Part shown: positions 25,890 through 39,900 of the stretch, piece by piece
Layout of the letters: each line of letters starts with the position of its first letter
Position numbering within the stretch: position 1 is the first letter of the stretch
Origin: Octopus sinensis
Lineage: Eukaryota
Reading direction: 5' to 3'
Length of the DNA stretch: 64,000 nt
NCBI RefSeq assembly: GCF_006345805.1
Contig: NC_042998.1
Coordinates: 150,536,001-150,600,000, forward strand
Program-made: the position numbers and the translations under genes
The notes under the pieces: generated by a model
The model's database searches: none
Told to the model about the DNA's origin: nothing
The model's input: the letters and a program-made list of their open reading frames with translations, nothing else

Positions 25890-25940
<51 letters not shown>

Positions 25941-26017
25941 ATATATATATGTATTAGCAGAAAAGATTCGAACCATCCACCAGTTATCCTTAGCAACTTA
26001 GTCAGCAATGTAGGTAG

Positions 26018-26117
26018 NNNNNNNNNNNNNNNNNNNNNNNNNNNNNNNNNNNNNNNNNNNNNNNNNNNNNNNNNNNNNNNNNNNNNNNNNNNNNNNNNNN
26101 NNNNNNNNNNNNNNNNN
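26018..26117. other. Assembly gap (100 N)
   Basis: Run of n characters. Confidence 1.
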
Positions 26118-26917
26118 CCATTCTTGCTACATTCACCCATCTTTTTTTAAAACATTCGCTGGACAAAACTTGCCTCTCTACTCTCACTTTCCTTTTCAAG
26201 TGGTACTTGAAGAAGTTGATGAGAGATTGACCAGAGAGGAAAGTGTTTCTCTCCAATCCTTTCAGACGCGTCCACCAGATACATTCTTTCGCCATAGTCA
26301 CAAGGATGATGAAAATAGCTCTTCCTTCCCGTTTGAAGGAAGGAGGCGTGACAACATTGACGATAGACTCAGCTGATAAACCGACTCGTCCCACACGTGA
26401 CAGCAGTTGTTCGACATAAGCCCACAGGTCGGAAATTGTTGGACACTGCACGAGTGCGTGCAGAACGGTTTCGTCACTCTGACCGCATCTCGGGCAGGTC
26501 GGCCCCGTGTTTCTCGAGACGGGTCTGTAGAGCTTATCCCGAACGGGTAGCGCTTCTCGGTAGCACTGCCAGGCCAGGGATCTCTGGAAGTTTCCATGGG
26601 CCTGGCCGAAAGTCGTCCTGAACAGGCGGGTCAGGTACTCCTCGTCGACGTCCAGGTTCGCCCCGAGCTCGTCGTCGTACCTCCCCTCCACTAATCCCGT
26701 ATAGAATGCATTGGTTGTGTTGAAGTCACTCAAGGTCGACCTAGGACGGCAGAGTTGCTTGAGAGCAACGCGACACTCGCGGTGCCATTCGCCCTTCCTC
26801 GGCCTCTTTTTGATCCACGACTGCAGTTCGGTCATGGAGACGAGCTGCGGGAAAGCGTGCCTCACAAACGGCGACCACACCTGTTCACCGTCGTCTACGA
26901 AGAGCCTGAGATGTCGC

Positions 26918-26919
<2 letters not shown>
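26118..26919 (-). mobile_element. 5'-truncated L1/Tx1-clade LINE, ORF2 C-terminus with CCHC zinc finger
   Basis: Open frame with LAWQCYREALPVRDKL and CPRCGQSDETVLHALVQC (C-x2-C-x8-H-x4-C). The 5' end abuts (GATA)n at 26920 and the 3' end runs into the gap. Confidence 0.85.
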
Positions 26920-26990
<71 letters not shown>

Positions 26991-26999
26991 GGATGGATG

Positions 27000-27062
<63 letters not shown>

Positions 27063-27124
27063 GATGGATGGATGGATGGATGGATGGATGTATAAGTGAA
27101 TATATAGGTAGATAGATATGTATC

Positions 27125-27203
<79 letters not shown>

Positions 27204-27624
27204 ATATATATATATAACTTAAACATAATACAGAATACTACTAATATTACCATGAATACCACTAATTCCCACACATTCCATACACCACTCATATTACAGC
27301 ATTACATCTACCCTAATTGCACCACTCCCAGAACTACTTACCTCCCTTGCATATAATCTTTTTACACAGAGACTAGTAGACCTAACACCATTTGGTAATC
27401 GGTGCGCATTCAAAGCCAGTGAACAGAAATTGACGATACCGGTATGACTTTCAATCCCTTTAACAATTCAAAATAATGATTTTTATTCCTCTTAATTCCA
27501 CCTCAGTTCGTCTAACTGCTTATATTTATCGTTACTTTTTATTTTTAAAAAAGCCTTTATTTTTTATATCCAATGTGCATTTTCGCTTTTTTCTTTTTGT
27601 AAGTGCGTGTGTTGAAACATATTC

Positions 27625-28657
27625 TATTGTGTCTGGGGAGAGTCCTCTTCTTTTTTTTTTCTTGCCTTATAATATATTACACTCACCGGTAAAATTTTTT
27701 TCTTATTTTTATTTTCCTAAAATTTTCGTTGCGTCTTGCAACCTTTTCAATAGTTTTGACTCTGTCCGTTATTTTCACTGCGTTCCCTTTTGTTTATTTG
27801 TGCGCATGTGTGTGGGTCAGTGTCTGTGTGTGTGTGCCTATACATGCATGCATGTACGTATGTATGTATGTGTATTTGCATGTGTATGTATGTATATATG
27901 TGTGTGTATGCATATGTGTATATGTATGTGCATCTGTATGTACGTATCCTGCATATTTATGTGCATGCATGTTCGTGTTTGTGTATTTTCTACGTATGTT
28001 TGTGTGAGCATGTGTTTGTATATGTATGCACCTCTGTCTCCTTGTGACTGCATGTCTGTGTGTGTGTGTGTTATGCAACTATGTACCATGTTTGTATATA
28101 TGGATGTGCATCTTTATATGTGTGGATCCGTGTATGTAAGCACATAGAAAATATAAATAAACAGATCAACATACAGACGGATAGGTACATAGGCTATAAG
28201 AACAGACACTTATCCACACATATAACGATACACATCCATGCATACAAACATGGTACATAGTTGCATAACACACACACACACACACAGACAGACATGCACA
28301 AACAAGGAGACAGAGGTGCATACATATACAAACACATGCTCACACACACATACATAGAAAATACACAAACACGGACAGGCAAGCACATAAATATGCAGGA
28401 TGCGTACATACAGATGCACACACACACATACATACATATGCATACACACACAAACACTGATCCACACAGATGCACACAAACAAACAAAAGGGAAAGCAGT
28501 GTAAATAACGGACAGAGTGAAAACTATTGAAAAGGTTGCAAGACGCAACGAAAATTTTAGAAAATAAAAATAAGAAAAAAAGTGGAGATTTTACCGGTGT
28601 GTGTGTTTATATTATAAGGCAAGAAAAAAAAGAAAATGACTCTCCCCAGACACAATA
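27625..28657. repeat. Diverged long inverted duplication (arms 27625-28127 and 28212-28657)
   Basis: tattgtgtctggggagagtc...tatatgtgtggat is matched in reverse by atccacacatata...gactctccccagacacaata, with substitutions and microsatellite length changes. Confidence 0.85.
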
Positions 28658-28689
28658 GTGTATATATATATATATATATATATAGTTTT

Positions 28690-29005
28690 AATCCAAACCA
28701 AAAACACACAAAAACACAGCAAACGCGAGGAACGTGGAACAATAAGTATTATTGGACGCTCAGGAAAGAAGGGAAGGGGGTTTAACGTTTCGAGAGGAGC
28801 TCTTCGTCGGAAACAAAGGAGAAGGAAAGATCCCGAGAAGGGAAGACAGAGGAAAAAAAATTGCTGGCGGTGCTCACGAGGTCACATGCTGAAAGCAACA
28901 TGTGACCTCGTGAGCACCTTCCCTTCTCTCCTGAGAGTCCAATAATACATTATTTGTTCCACGTCCTCGTGTTGCTGTGTTTTTTTGTGTTTTCTTGTTT
29001 GGATT
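28690..29005. mobile_element. Fold-back PLE-type element with hammerhead-like motif (28780-28814, -) and a perfect 20-bp hairpin
   Basis: Outer arms aatccaaa..gaagggaagg and ccttcccttc..tttggatt. Hairpin 28869-28888/28899-28918. Minus strand GTTT-CCGACGA-A-GAGCTCCTCTC-GAAA-CG-TT-AAAC. Confidence 0.7.
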
Positions 29006-29126
29006 AACTTTATATACCGCACGCTCACACAGATACTGAGTGCCTTGGATACCAATTCCTGGATTTTTACACCTACGGATTACTGTTACCATCCTCCCGG
29101 AGTACGCCACTGAAATCGTTATATAG

Positions 29127-29160
<34 letters not shown>

Positions 29161-29476
29161 ATAATAATATAAATTTCAACATTGAGGGTAAAATTAATTA
29201 ATTATTAATCAATTTCACCAAGTATTCAGTATGTAAAGGGACCATTTAAGGCGAATTCAAAATATTACATTTTATAAAGGGTTTAGTAAAATAAAGGGCT
29301 TAGTAAAATAAATTACTTTGCCACATACTGAACTCATTAGAAATAGCAGCCCCAAAAAAATTTTTTAGCCATTTCTAATACTTAAAGAAAATTTCTCTCA
29401 GATAGTGCTTACTCAAAATAGCCCACGAAGGTATGGGGGTAAAAACATTAAAAAATCACAAGTGCAAAGATTATTT

Positions 29477-29532
29477 GAGAACGTACGTTTCTAGATCAGC
29501 CAAATACAATTCGACATTTCTTTCGTCAGCTC
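29477..29532 (-). ncRNA. Candidate type I hammerhead motif with extended stem II
   Basis: GAG-CTGACGA-A-AGAAAT[GTCGAAT-TGT-ATTTGGC]TGATCT-A-GAAA-CGTACG-TT-CTC. Confidence 0.45.
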
Positions 29533-29727
29533 AAAATTCCTTAATTCGGATTTGTAAACACTGAAAGTAGGAGCATACCCTTTTGGCGACTTTTCACCTC
29601 CGAAGATCCGTTCAAACTAACAGTGCCAACAAATTCAAAATATGCAGCGAAGAATTTCTGATATATATGTAAGTATGCATGTATATATATCATTATATAT
29701 GTATATATATATATATTATATATATAT

Positions 29728-29811
<84 letters not shown>

Positions 29812-29989
29812 GTATATAATATATATATATATATCTATATATATATATATTATATATAATATATTATATAATGTATATCAGGCACGTGCCGTCAGTAATT
29901 AGTCAGAGTAGCAGTTGATGACTTTATGTAGTATAACACGCAAAAAATACTGAAACACAGGCACGTGACTGAGTTGAAGGCAGATTTAC

Positions 29990-30520
29990 TTCTGCGTTTA
30001 GATACTACATGAGGAAGATTGCATCAAAGGGACAGCTAAACTACTGGGAGAGACTGAGAGAGCTACGACTCTACTCCCTGAAGTGAAGATAGATGAGGTA
30101 TGCAGTGATATATGTGGGAAAGATGCTGGAGGGGCTGGTACCAAACTTTGGAATTGAGAGTTATTCCAGATTTGGAATTGGAAATCACTGCATTGTTCCA
30201 AAAGTCTCGGCTGTCTCATCTAAGGTGAGAACCATGTACTGTAATAGCTTGGGATCCAAGGGCCCACAGCTATTAATACCTTGCCAAAACATCTGAGGGA
30301 TCTCCATGGAGTGGAGGTAGATGTTTTCAAGAAACAACTTGACCTCTTGCTATCCAAGGTCCCATATGAACCAATATCAAGACAGGAAACTAAAAAGAGG
30401 GCAGCAGCATCGAACTCCCTCCTTCACCAAAAGCCGTCACATAGAATTGGCCAATTAAAAGGTGATTACACTGGCGATGCCCCAGCATGGCCACAGCCTC
30501 GGGCTGAAAAATATAAAAGA
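29990..30520 (+). mobile_element. 3' fragment of the same CR1-group LINE family as 19147-21105
   Basis: RYAVIYVGKMLEGLVPNFGI..YCNSLGSKGPQL and KHLRDLHGVEVDVFKKQLDLLLSKVPYEP..RAAASNSL parallel the C-terminus of the minus-strand copy. Confidence 0.85.
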
Positions 30521-30813
30521 ATAAATATATATATATATACTTTTATTCTTTTACGTGTTTCAGTCATTTGACTGCGGCCATGCTGGAACATCACCATTAG
30601 TCGAAGAAATCGACCCCAGGACTTTTCCTTGTAAGCTTAGCACTTATTCTAACGGTTTCTTTTGCCGAACTGCTAGGTCACGGGGACGTAGACACATCAA
30701 CATCGGTTGCCAAATGATGGTGGGCAAGGAGACAAGCACAGATATAAACTCAGACACATATGCATACATACATACATTACATACATACATACATGCATAC
30801 ATACATATATTAT

Positions 30814-30875
<62 letters not shown>

Positions 30876-31009
30876 CATACATACATACTTACATATTATA
30901 TAAGTCGGTGCTCCAGCATGGCCACAGTCAAATGACTGAAACAAGTAAAAGAGTATATATTATATATACATAATATATATATATATATATATATTCTATA
31001 GATATATAG

Positions 31010-31052
<43 letters not shown>

Positions 31053-32449
31053 ATATATAGTAATATATATATATATAATATATATATATATAATATATAT
31101 TATATATATATTATATATATATATATTATTTATATACTTTTACTCTATATCAGCAATAATAATAAAATGATTATTACGAAGTAGCATAGCATTACCTTTA
31201 ATTCTTTTTATATATATACAGCTTTACATAGATCTATACATGTTTCAACTGCACTGATTAGTAACTGTTGCAATTGCAACCTCACTATAATACCAGTGCA
31301 GTTTATTCAGGGTCTTTACTTAATATCCTTTGATTTAACTGTTTAAAGTTTTTCGCTTATCTATTCTGCGTTGTATGACGTAGAGTTCCTCGTAATGTTA
31401 GACGCGAACTATCTTCGGTTCAAATTTTGATTGAATAATCATAAATAGTCCATTATTTCAAAACATTTTGTTGTTCAAATGTTTATTATTCATTTATACA
31501 GGAACAAGCTTTGAGCTGCTTGCACATGAGGAAATTCATATTTGCCCATAATAAACTTCAGAATGTTTTGAAATATTCTTGAAGTTTAAATATGAGAGGT
31601 TTTGTCGACGCAATCTCTACGACGCAGACGTCAACTCAAGCAAGCTATCCTTAAAATAGTTTGTAAACAATAACATCTATATGCATGGTAGAAAGAAAAT
31701 TTAAACACTGTTACTTCTGGCATATAAAAAAAATGCAAAACATTATCGAATTGGGTATGGAAGTTGCAAGTACGTGATATTGATTTTGATAACAAATTAA
31801 TCTAAGCGGATGATATAAAAATTAAACAATGAAGCTGAAAAATGTCTCATACAAAAATAGAAAAACGAAAATAAATTAGATATTCTGTGGGTAGCAGCTA
31901 CCACATTGAAAGGCTCCCCTTAAAACACAAGTTCTTATCCCCATAAGGTTATACCTTCACAGATCTATTACAGATGTTATTGTATAAGTTCACACCCGTT
32001 ATTAACTTTATACACAACATTTATATCTTTATCTTCTAACTTTGCCCCATTATTTCTCAACCACTTCAATATATTTCGTGCAACTATATACCTTTAAACA
32101 GTGCTCACTTTACTTCATCTAAATATTTCTGTTTTCCCTGTAATTTGCATACTTTCTACTTCATTATTAGTAACGTTTTGCTTCCATATATATCTATTTT
32201 CATACATCATTTTTATATAAGCCAGAGGAAATAAACCATATTTATAAATAAACCAGCATTTATACGAAATGATCTGTGCCTCTTGCGACATTTTTGACCC
32301 AGCACGCAGGACCATAATTTTCTTCATATACGTCTGCTTTTATTTATTTATTTAGAGAGAGAGAGAGAGACGACAGACAGACAGACTGCAGACAGACACA
32401 GACAGACTGGCAGACAGACACAGACAGACACACACTTACACATAGAGTA

Positions 32450-32537
<88 letters not shown>

Positions 32538-32786
32538 CATATATACATATATATGTCACAATATATGGATTCAAGTAATCCGGTAAGAATCATAAAAAAC
32601 CGCTTTAATGCATTAACTACAAAAACATATAGACTATATAGTACGATACAAGTAATGATAAATTTATCACTTATCAAATATAATAAAATAAATTACTTAT
32701 ACATGTTTTCTTAAGCTGCGAAACAATTGTCGTTAAATGAGTATATCCAATGGTTAAATATATTTTAACATAGTATATTTCTCTGA

Positions 32787-32851
<65 letters not shown>

Positions 32852-33323
32852 ACATATATTTGAAGAAAAGTGCTGCCTATATTGTGTAGTGCATATAAAC
32901 TTAAATTTATATATATATATATATACACGTATGTATATATGTATGCATATACGTGCGTATGTATGTGTGTGTGTATATGCAGACGTTAGCATATGTATTA
33001 ACACGTACGCTGAAGCATGCACAAAGAACAGCTACACGAATGACTAACATACTCATATATGGGCACACACTCTAACACACACACATACACAGAAGCGCGC
33101 GCTCACACACATACACTTACACAAAAGATACACAATTATACATAGATTCAATCATACTTACACAAGTATATCCTATCGTTGCTAACATTCATCTTTGCGT
33201 ACATGTATCCAAAGATATATGCATACATGCATGTATACATTCGCCCGTATGAGCAAAATTATGTATATACATACATACATGTATATATATATATATATAT
33301 ACGCGCACATGCCATCGCGCGCG

Positions 33324-33380
<57 letters not shown>

Positions 33381-33466
33381 AGTTCCGTTCCCGAAGGAAA
33401 TGTTCCTATTTTCACCCTACACCGAATGCTGAACAGTGAGAACGTGTTTCATTCACAACGGAAATC

Positions 33467-33595
33467 ATGGCGGCTTTTATTTCTCTTCTTCTTTATATTA
33501 TTATATTTGGAAAGTGTTCTGTCTTCACAGTGGCGGTCGATGGGCGCCGTACGATAGCTAAACGCAAAATGTTCCACCATCGTCGTAGGTTCATG
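33467..33595 (+). CDS. Candidate first coding exon of a secreted peptide precursor
   Basis: aaatcATGG start context, hydrophobic MAAFISLLLYIIIFGKCSVFTVAVDG, basic clusters RR/KRK/RRR, and a phase-0 donor ATG|gtaaat at 33596. No homology recognised. Confidence 0.2.
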
Positions 33596-33995
33596 GTAAA
33601 TTATCATACGCGCGGTGTCAATAGATTTCCAATGGTACAAATTTATGTATGTATGTATGTATGTATGTATGTATGTATGTATGTATGTATGTATGTATGT
33701 ATGTATGTATGCATGTGTGTATGTATGCACTTATAAATGCTTGTATGTATGTATGTATGCATGTATGTATGTATATATGTATGTATGTATGTATGTATGC
33801 CTGTATGTATGCATGTATGTATGTGTGTGTAAGTTCTGCATATGTCTATACATATGTTCGTACGTAAGTATGCATGTATGTATATATATGGATTGGTGGA
33901 TGGATGCATGGATGGATGTATATATATATATATATGTGTGTGTATACGTGCGTACGTGCGTACGTGTGTGTGTGTGTATACCTTTGTACGTGTGT

Positions 33996-34053
<58 letters not shown>

Positions 34054-34204
34054 GCGTGTATACCCGAAAGGTGATCACAGAGGAACATTATTCTTCCTGT
34101 TTCTCCTGCTCCTTCCTCGTCTAGGAATTAAATCAGAGCAGAACCAATATCTTTTATAACTGGTTATATTGGTCCAACTGATATTTGCCAAAGCTGGACA
34201 AATC

Positions 34205-34635
34205 CTAAAGTACGTTGTCGTCGTCGTCGTCGTCATGTATCTTACTCCTGTGACGCTTTGATGACTCCACAGCGAAAGTGTTACCGATTAAGTGCATGTT
34301 CTCCAGCCGTTTTGCTATTTTTGTCTTACCAGTTTGTGATATTGTCCAACCATTGTATTCTTTGCCTGCCTTCTGATCTCCCTCTATCCTTCCTTCCATG
34401 ATAATTTTTTTCCAGACTTCTGCTTCGAATGTGACCACAATAGATGAGCTTTTGTTCTTTCACAATGTTCACGAGTTGTCATCTCTCACCTACTTGTTGT
34501 GGCATCCCTCTGTTTGTCCGATGACCCTTGTAAGAAACTCGTACCATCGCCAATGCACCCATAAATCAAACGCATTGGCTATGTTCTTTTCAGATTAGTT
34601 GAGAGTCTATGCTTCACAACCATTAATGCGTTATG
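34205..34635 (-). mobile_element. RTE-clade LINE 3' fragment, degenerate
   Basis: Minus-strand remnants GCEA*TL..NAFDLW and IIMEGRIEG, with a (GAC)n tail at about 34207-34225. Confidence 0.7.
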
Positions 34636-35354
34636 GCCAAATGAGCGTTCGTAGTATCCCTTACTTAAACTTAATTGAGACACTTTTGCTATTCCTGATG
34701 TTATTAAGCTCTTCCTTCCGTGGACGTGCACAACACTTCAGTAATCGATGTTATAGATATAGTTATAAGTTTCCACAATATTTATTATAACTGTATAGAT
34801 ATAGATATGACTTACCACAATTTCCAGTACTGCATGGTTCATAGCGACGAATATTGCTGTTGATTAGTAACTTAATTATGTGAGTGGTGATTATTTTTGC
34901 TAATTGAAACTAGGTGCCCTACTTTTCAGGTTTTAGCCTGCATATTGACTTAAATCTCATTTGTCCTTAACATTAGAACAAAGGACGTTTCACTCAATTA
35001 TTTTCTTTAGTTACTCATTCATAGGTTTTTATCAGGAAAGTTCATTTTCCGTTTTTAGTGGCTGTGTGTATGTTTGTAGGTGCGTAGCCAAGTGGTAAGA
35101 TGGTTGAGTTCTGTTATGTCGCACGTTCGGATGCCTCTACTACTACACTCTACTCTCTATTCTGCTACTCTCTGACGTCTAGACTTCTCCCTCTGTATCT
35201 ACGTTTTAGGCTAGTCTACTTCATCGTCTGGGGGCGTCCACACAAGTTCACAATCACAAGAGTGTGGTTTCGATTCCAGGACTGGAAGGTACGTTATGTT
35301 TTGGTTTAAAGCGCTTCATTTCAAGTTGCTCTAGTGTACTCAGCTAAAAACGAG

Positions 35355-36430
35355 GGATCTTTTCACTTTGACCGGCAGATTTTTTTAATAATTTATTTGT
35401 AACTTAAACATTTTAAAACTTCGTATACTGGTAGTGTGTTACATAAAACATCTTTTTCTCTTGGCTTTCTTGAGAAAATTCTGTAGTTTGTAAGCTATTT
35501 GTTGTTTAATTTCTTGCATTTAGGCAATTTCAACCAATCAATGACGTCTATTGAGGTGAATACAATATCTGCCATATTTTGTCAACATTTTCTGGCGGTG
35601 TCATATGAATTTGTCACTGTTATTTATGACATATTTCTTATCAGTTACGTTCGTATGAATAAAAGATTATCGTTATTAAACTTTTATTAATAAACACATA
35701 TTTTAAGTTCACAACATATGCAGTTTTAATTTCCGTCTCTGTTGCACAGTTACACACATTACATATTATATATTCGTTTAAGAAACAGATTGGGTTTATT
35801 TACATTTCTGAAGAAAAAGAGGTACCCTTCCCCCACCTTAACCCCTAACCCTAACCCTAACCCTAAACCTAACTCTAACCCCAAATCTAACCCTAACTCT
35901 AACCCTAACCATAACCCCAACCCTAACCCTAACCCTAACCCTAACTCTAACCCCAACGCTAACCCTAACTCTAACCCTAACCATAACCCTAACCCTAACT
36001 CTAACCTTAACCCTAACCCTAAAACAGATTGAAATGCAATAGATCGATACTACGGTCATAATTATGGGTGGACACTGAAGAGGGAACGGTTTTGTTATCC
36101 AGCTCTGTTTACGAGTGACCCCCTCAGTTTATGGCCACATGGTATCTTTTTTCTCATAAATAACAGTGACAAATTCATATGACACCGCCAGAAAATGTTG
36201 TTGACAAAATACGGTAGATATTGTATTCACCTCAATAGACGTCATTGATTTGTTGAAATTGCCTAAATGCAAGAAATTAAATAACAAATAGCTTACAAAC
36301 TACAGAATTTTCTCAAGAAAGCCAAGAGAAAAAGATGTTTTATATAACACACTACCAGTATACGAAGTTTAAAAGTGTTTAGTCACAAAGAAATTATTTA
36401 AAAAATCTGCCGGTCAAAGTGAAAAGATCC
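35355..36430. mobile_element. Non-autonomous DNA transposon (MITE) with ~275-bp TIRs and probable 8-bp TSD
   Basis: TIRs at 35355-35629 and 36154-36430 (ggatcttttcactttgaccggcag / ctgccggtcaaagtgaaaagatcc). Flanks are aaaacgag and aaaacgaa. Confidence 0.85.
35838..36022 (-). repeat. Degenerate (TTAGGG)n telomere-like array inside the MITE
   Basis: About 30 (TAACCC/TAACTC/TAACCA) hexamers on the + strand. Confidence 0.9.
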
Positions 36431-37676
36431 AAAACGAATACCACCTGAGTACAGATACACTATTCTCTTCCTCGAACTTTTACATTCTGAATGTTGCATC
36501 AGCGTTTGGGAGGGCAAAGGCTGACATGATATCTACGTCCGATCACGACTACACAGGCACCTAAAATAATTAGTGAAAGCGTGGAACAAGCTATCTGTTC
36601 ATACTGGTTTGCCAGTAACGAATAGTTTCATGCATGTGTGTGTTTGTGTTTGAATCCCACCACCGCTTGACTACCTGAGTTCGTTTGTTTGCGTCACTGT
36701 AATTTAGTGATTCGGCAAATGTGATACATAGAATAAGTATCGGGTCAATATGATTGTATAAAATGCTTTCAAGGTGGTGCCCCAGCATGGCCACATTCCG
36801 AGACCAAAGTGTCAGTCGCCGTATTGACATTATTAACGTCATCATTATCGACACCAGCAGAAGCACCACCACCACTACAATCACTACAAGACCAGCAAGC
36901 CGGCCATGACAACCACCGCCAACACTACCACCAACGCCATCGAGAACACCACCAACAACACCACCACCACCACCACCGTTCTACACCTCCAACAATGACA
37001 AGACAAAATACGAAGCTCGTCATACAAAAAATAGTACCTGGACCGGCGTTAGGAAGTGCGGGGCCAATTTGACAATTGTCGATAGGGGCGGGGCCCTCCA
37101 CTCAACAAAAGCTGAAGATTGATGTCTTGTGCTTCATGTAGTATGCCGGTCCTGGCCAAAAAGCGTTGAGAGCTCGAGGTTCCACGATTCGCCACAACTA
37201 AAAATTCATCATAGAATCCACTTTTCGCACGGCGTCTAATTTGAACAAAGCTGTCTAATTGACTTAAAACTGGCCCTGATAGTAACTATGGTAACTAATG
37301 GAGCAAACTACCGACTTAACGAAGGACATACTGACTGATGGGGTGGTCACAGTTAGAAAGTCTTTGTTCAAAATTTGATCTTGGACTAAAATGAAAACTA
37401 TTATTATTACCGCATTCGTACTACATCACACCCTTAACAGCATTCACTGATTTATTCACCACCTTCACCGTCACCAACACATTCATCAGAACCACCATCA
37501 CCACCGGTACAACTACCATCGCCAGCTCCACCTTCATTACCACTACCGCTATTGCAACCACCACCATCACCACCAAAACAGCCATCATCACCAGCATCAC
37601 TATCACCCCAGCATCACCCCCTCACCTACAACAACCACCATTGTAGTTCAATACACATGAACACGTATTGTTTGTA

Positions 37677-37711
<35 letters not shown>

Positions 37712-37784
37712 TTCAACGTATGTAGACGGCGTAGGCTTCAAACACATACCCATGATAAAGACATACGTACACAAAGACAGACAA

Positions 37785-37817
<33 letters not shown>

Positions 37818-38248
37818 TACTCACATACACACAGAATCGTTCTAAACACACAGCATGACTGTACACCGCCACACCCACTTCGGATGTGATCAGTCTCGTC
37901 GCCCTCTTCTTACAGAAACCAACGACACCGCTTTCTAAAATAAACAATTGGGCTTTAACGAACACGCAATATAGGGGTGGTGGTGGGAAGGGGGAGGGGA
38001 ACAGTGGAGGCGGTGGTGGTGATGGTGGTGGTGGTGGTGGTGGTGGTGGTGGTGGCAGTGGTGGTATTATAGCGGTGTAGGTTGGTGGGTATTCGTGGTC
38101 ATGTATGTACACCCAGTAATGGTAGACTGGTGGTGGTGGGGGTTATGGTGATGGTGATGGTAGCGGCGATGGTTGTGGTGTTACCTGCTGCTGTTATTGG
38201 TGATGGCGATGGGGACGTGTTACTGCAGGGGAGAGTGTAGTGACGATG

Positions 38249-38279
<31 letters not shown>

Positions 38280-38529
38280 ATGCTTTGTGGTGGTGACGGT
38301 GGTTGCTATGGATGTGAAAGAGAGTACTAGTGGGGGTGACATGACGAAATAGCGCTGGTGGTTGGTGTTGGTGGTGGTGGTGATGGTGGTGCTAACCTAG
38401 AAACTGGGGTGGGCGATAATAGACGAGAAGGGAAATTCTTATTGTGGTGATGACGGCTGTGAAGGAAGTATGTGGTAATGGTGGAGGAGGTGATATACTA
38501 AAGTCGGTCAGGCAGACATTTCACTATTA

Positions 38530-38566
<37 letters not shown>

Positions 38567-39744
38567 CACACACACACACATATATATATATTATACATAT
38601 ATACATATATGTATATATATTATATATATATATATATATATACATATATACATATATACATATATACATATATGTATATAAATTATATATATATATATAT
38701 GTCTATATATATATATATATATATATATGTCTCTCTATATATATAAATATATATATATAATATGATATATATATATATATATACACACATATATGAATAT
38801 TATATGTGTGCGTATATACATACATACATAGCCTATATGTACACCCAATCACACACATTCATAGTATCTATTTAAATACACGCATCCTCCCAAAAATACG
38901 AATGCGCATGCATGTGAATATGCAAGTATGTATGTATGTATGTATGTATGTATGTATGTATGTATGTATGTATGTATGTATGTATGTATGCATGTATGTA
39001 AGTGTGCGTATGTATGTCTATATGAATGTATGTATACACATACACACCTACACACATATACACACAAAGGCCTAGCTATGCTAATGAAGCCAAAGGGCGT
39101 CTTTAAAACAAATATAGTTATTTTCCTTTAATTTTAGTCAGATCATGACGGTATTTCAAATTTCTTCAAATTATCTCCCTTTCTGATTTTGTTTTCCTAA
39201 CAATAATCGTTACGTTTGTCTTTCTTTCGTTAGCTGTGAAGAACTATAGCGTACGGCACTGCGTAATCCGACTTTATATCACTAGCCCTTCTGAGTTGCA
39301 TAGTTTTAGTTCTTTCCTTTTATATTATTATATTATGCAAATTACCCGGGGCTATCTATGTACTAAACACATTACGTATATAATCATTCATATTTGTTCA
39401 AAGACGGGAAAGATTACGTTTTACTGATGAGGTCAAACCTAGACCGAAACACAGATATATTTATCCCTTGTCTCCGAAACAAAGGATTATATTATTCTTT
39501 GTTCCTAAGGATGTTAAATCAATCAGGATATTCTAAATCTTTTTGAAATTTTTTCCCCTTCTTATTCAGAATAATCAACTCTTCTCTTTCACCTGGTGAT
39601 AGCTTTTATTTTCCTTCTCTGTCCCCCTAAGAAGCATTTTGATAAAATAACAATTCACCGTGTACGGCATTTAGCTGCTTGCTTTTGTGATGAAGCCTTT
39701 CCTTTTACTCAATGCGCGCGCGTGCGCGTGTGTATTTAAATGTC

Positions 39745-39900
39745 TGGAAATTTACCGATGACTTGGGAAGACATTTTGGAAGGACCAGATGAAAACAAAT
39801 GCTTAAAATATGGAGAACTCGATGAGGCATGTAAGGCACGAGATCAGCAGTACAATGTACTTTCAATGGTGGTGGAATGTCGTGGTGGTTGTAACTTGAC
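39745..39900 (+). mobile_element. Short REL-endonuclease remnant of an R2/HERO/NeSL-type retrotransposon
   Basis: LPMTWEDILEGPDENKCLKYGELDEACK..SMVVECRG resembles the REL motif LTVPWE..E..E.K..KY..L...C......VEVGCRG. Confidence 0.45.

Noticed and set aside
35838-36022. True telomere or chromosome-fusion scar
   Set aside because: The array is short, degenerate and enclosed by the TIRs of a MITE.
36809-38520. His/Thr/Gly-rich coding exons
   Set aside because: The open frames are explained by trinucleotide repeats, and no coherent exon chain was found.
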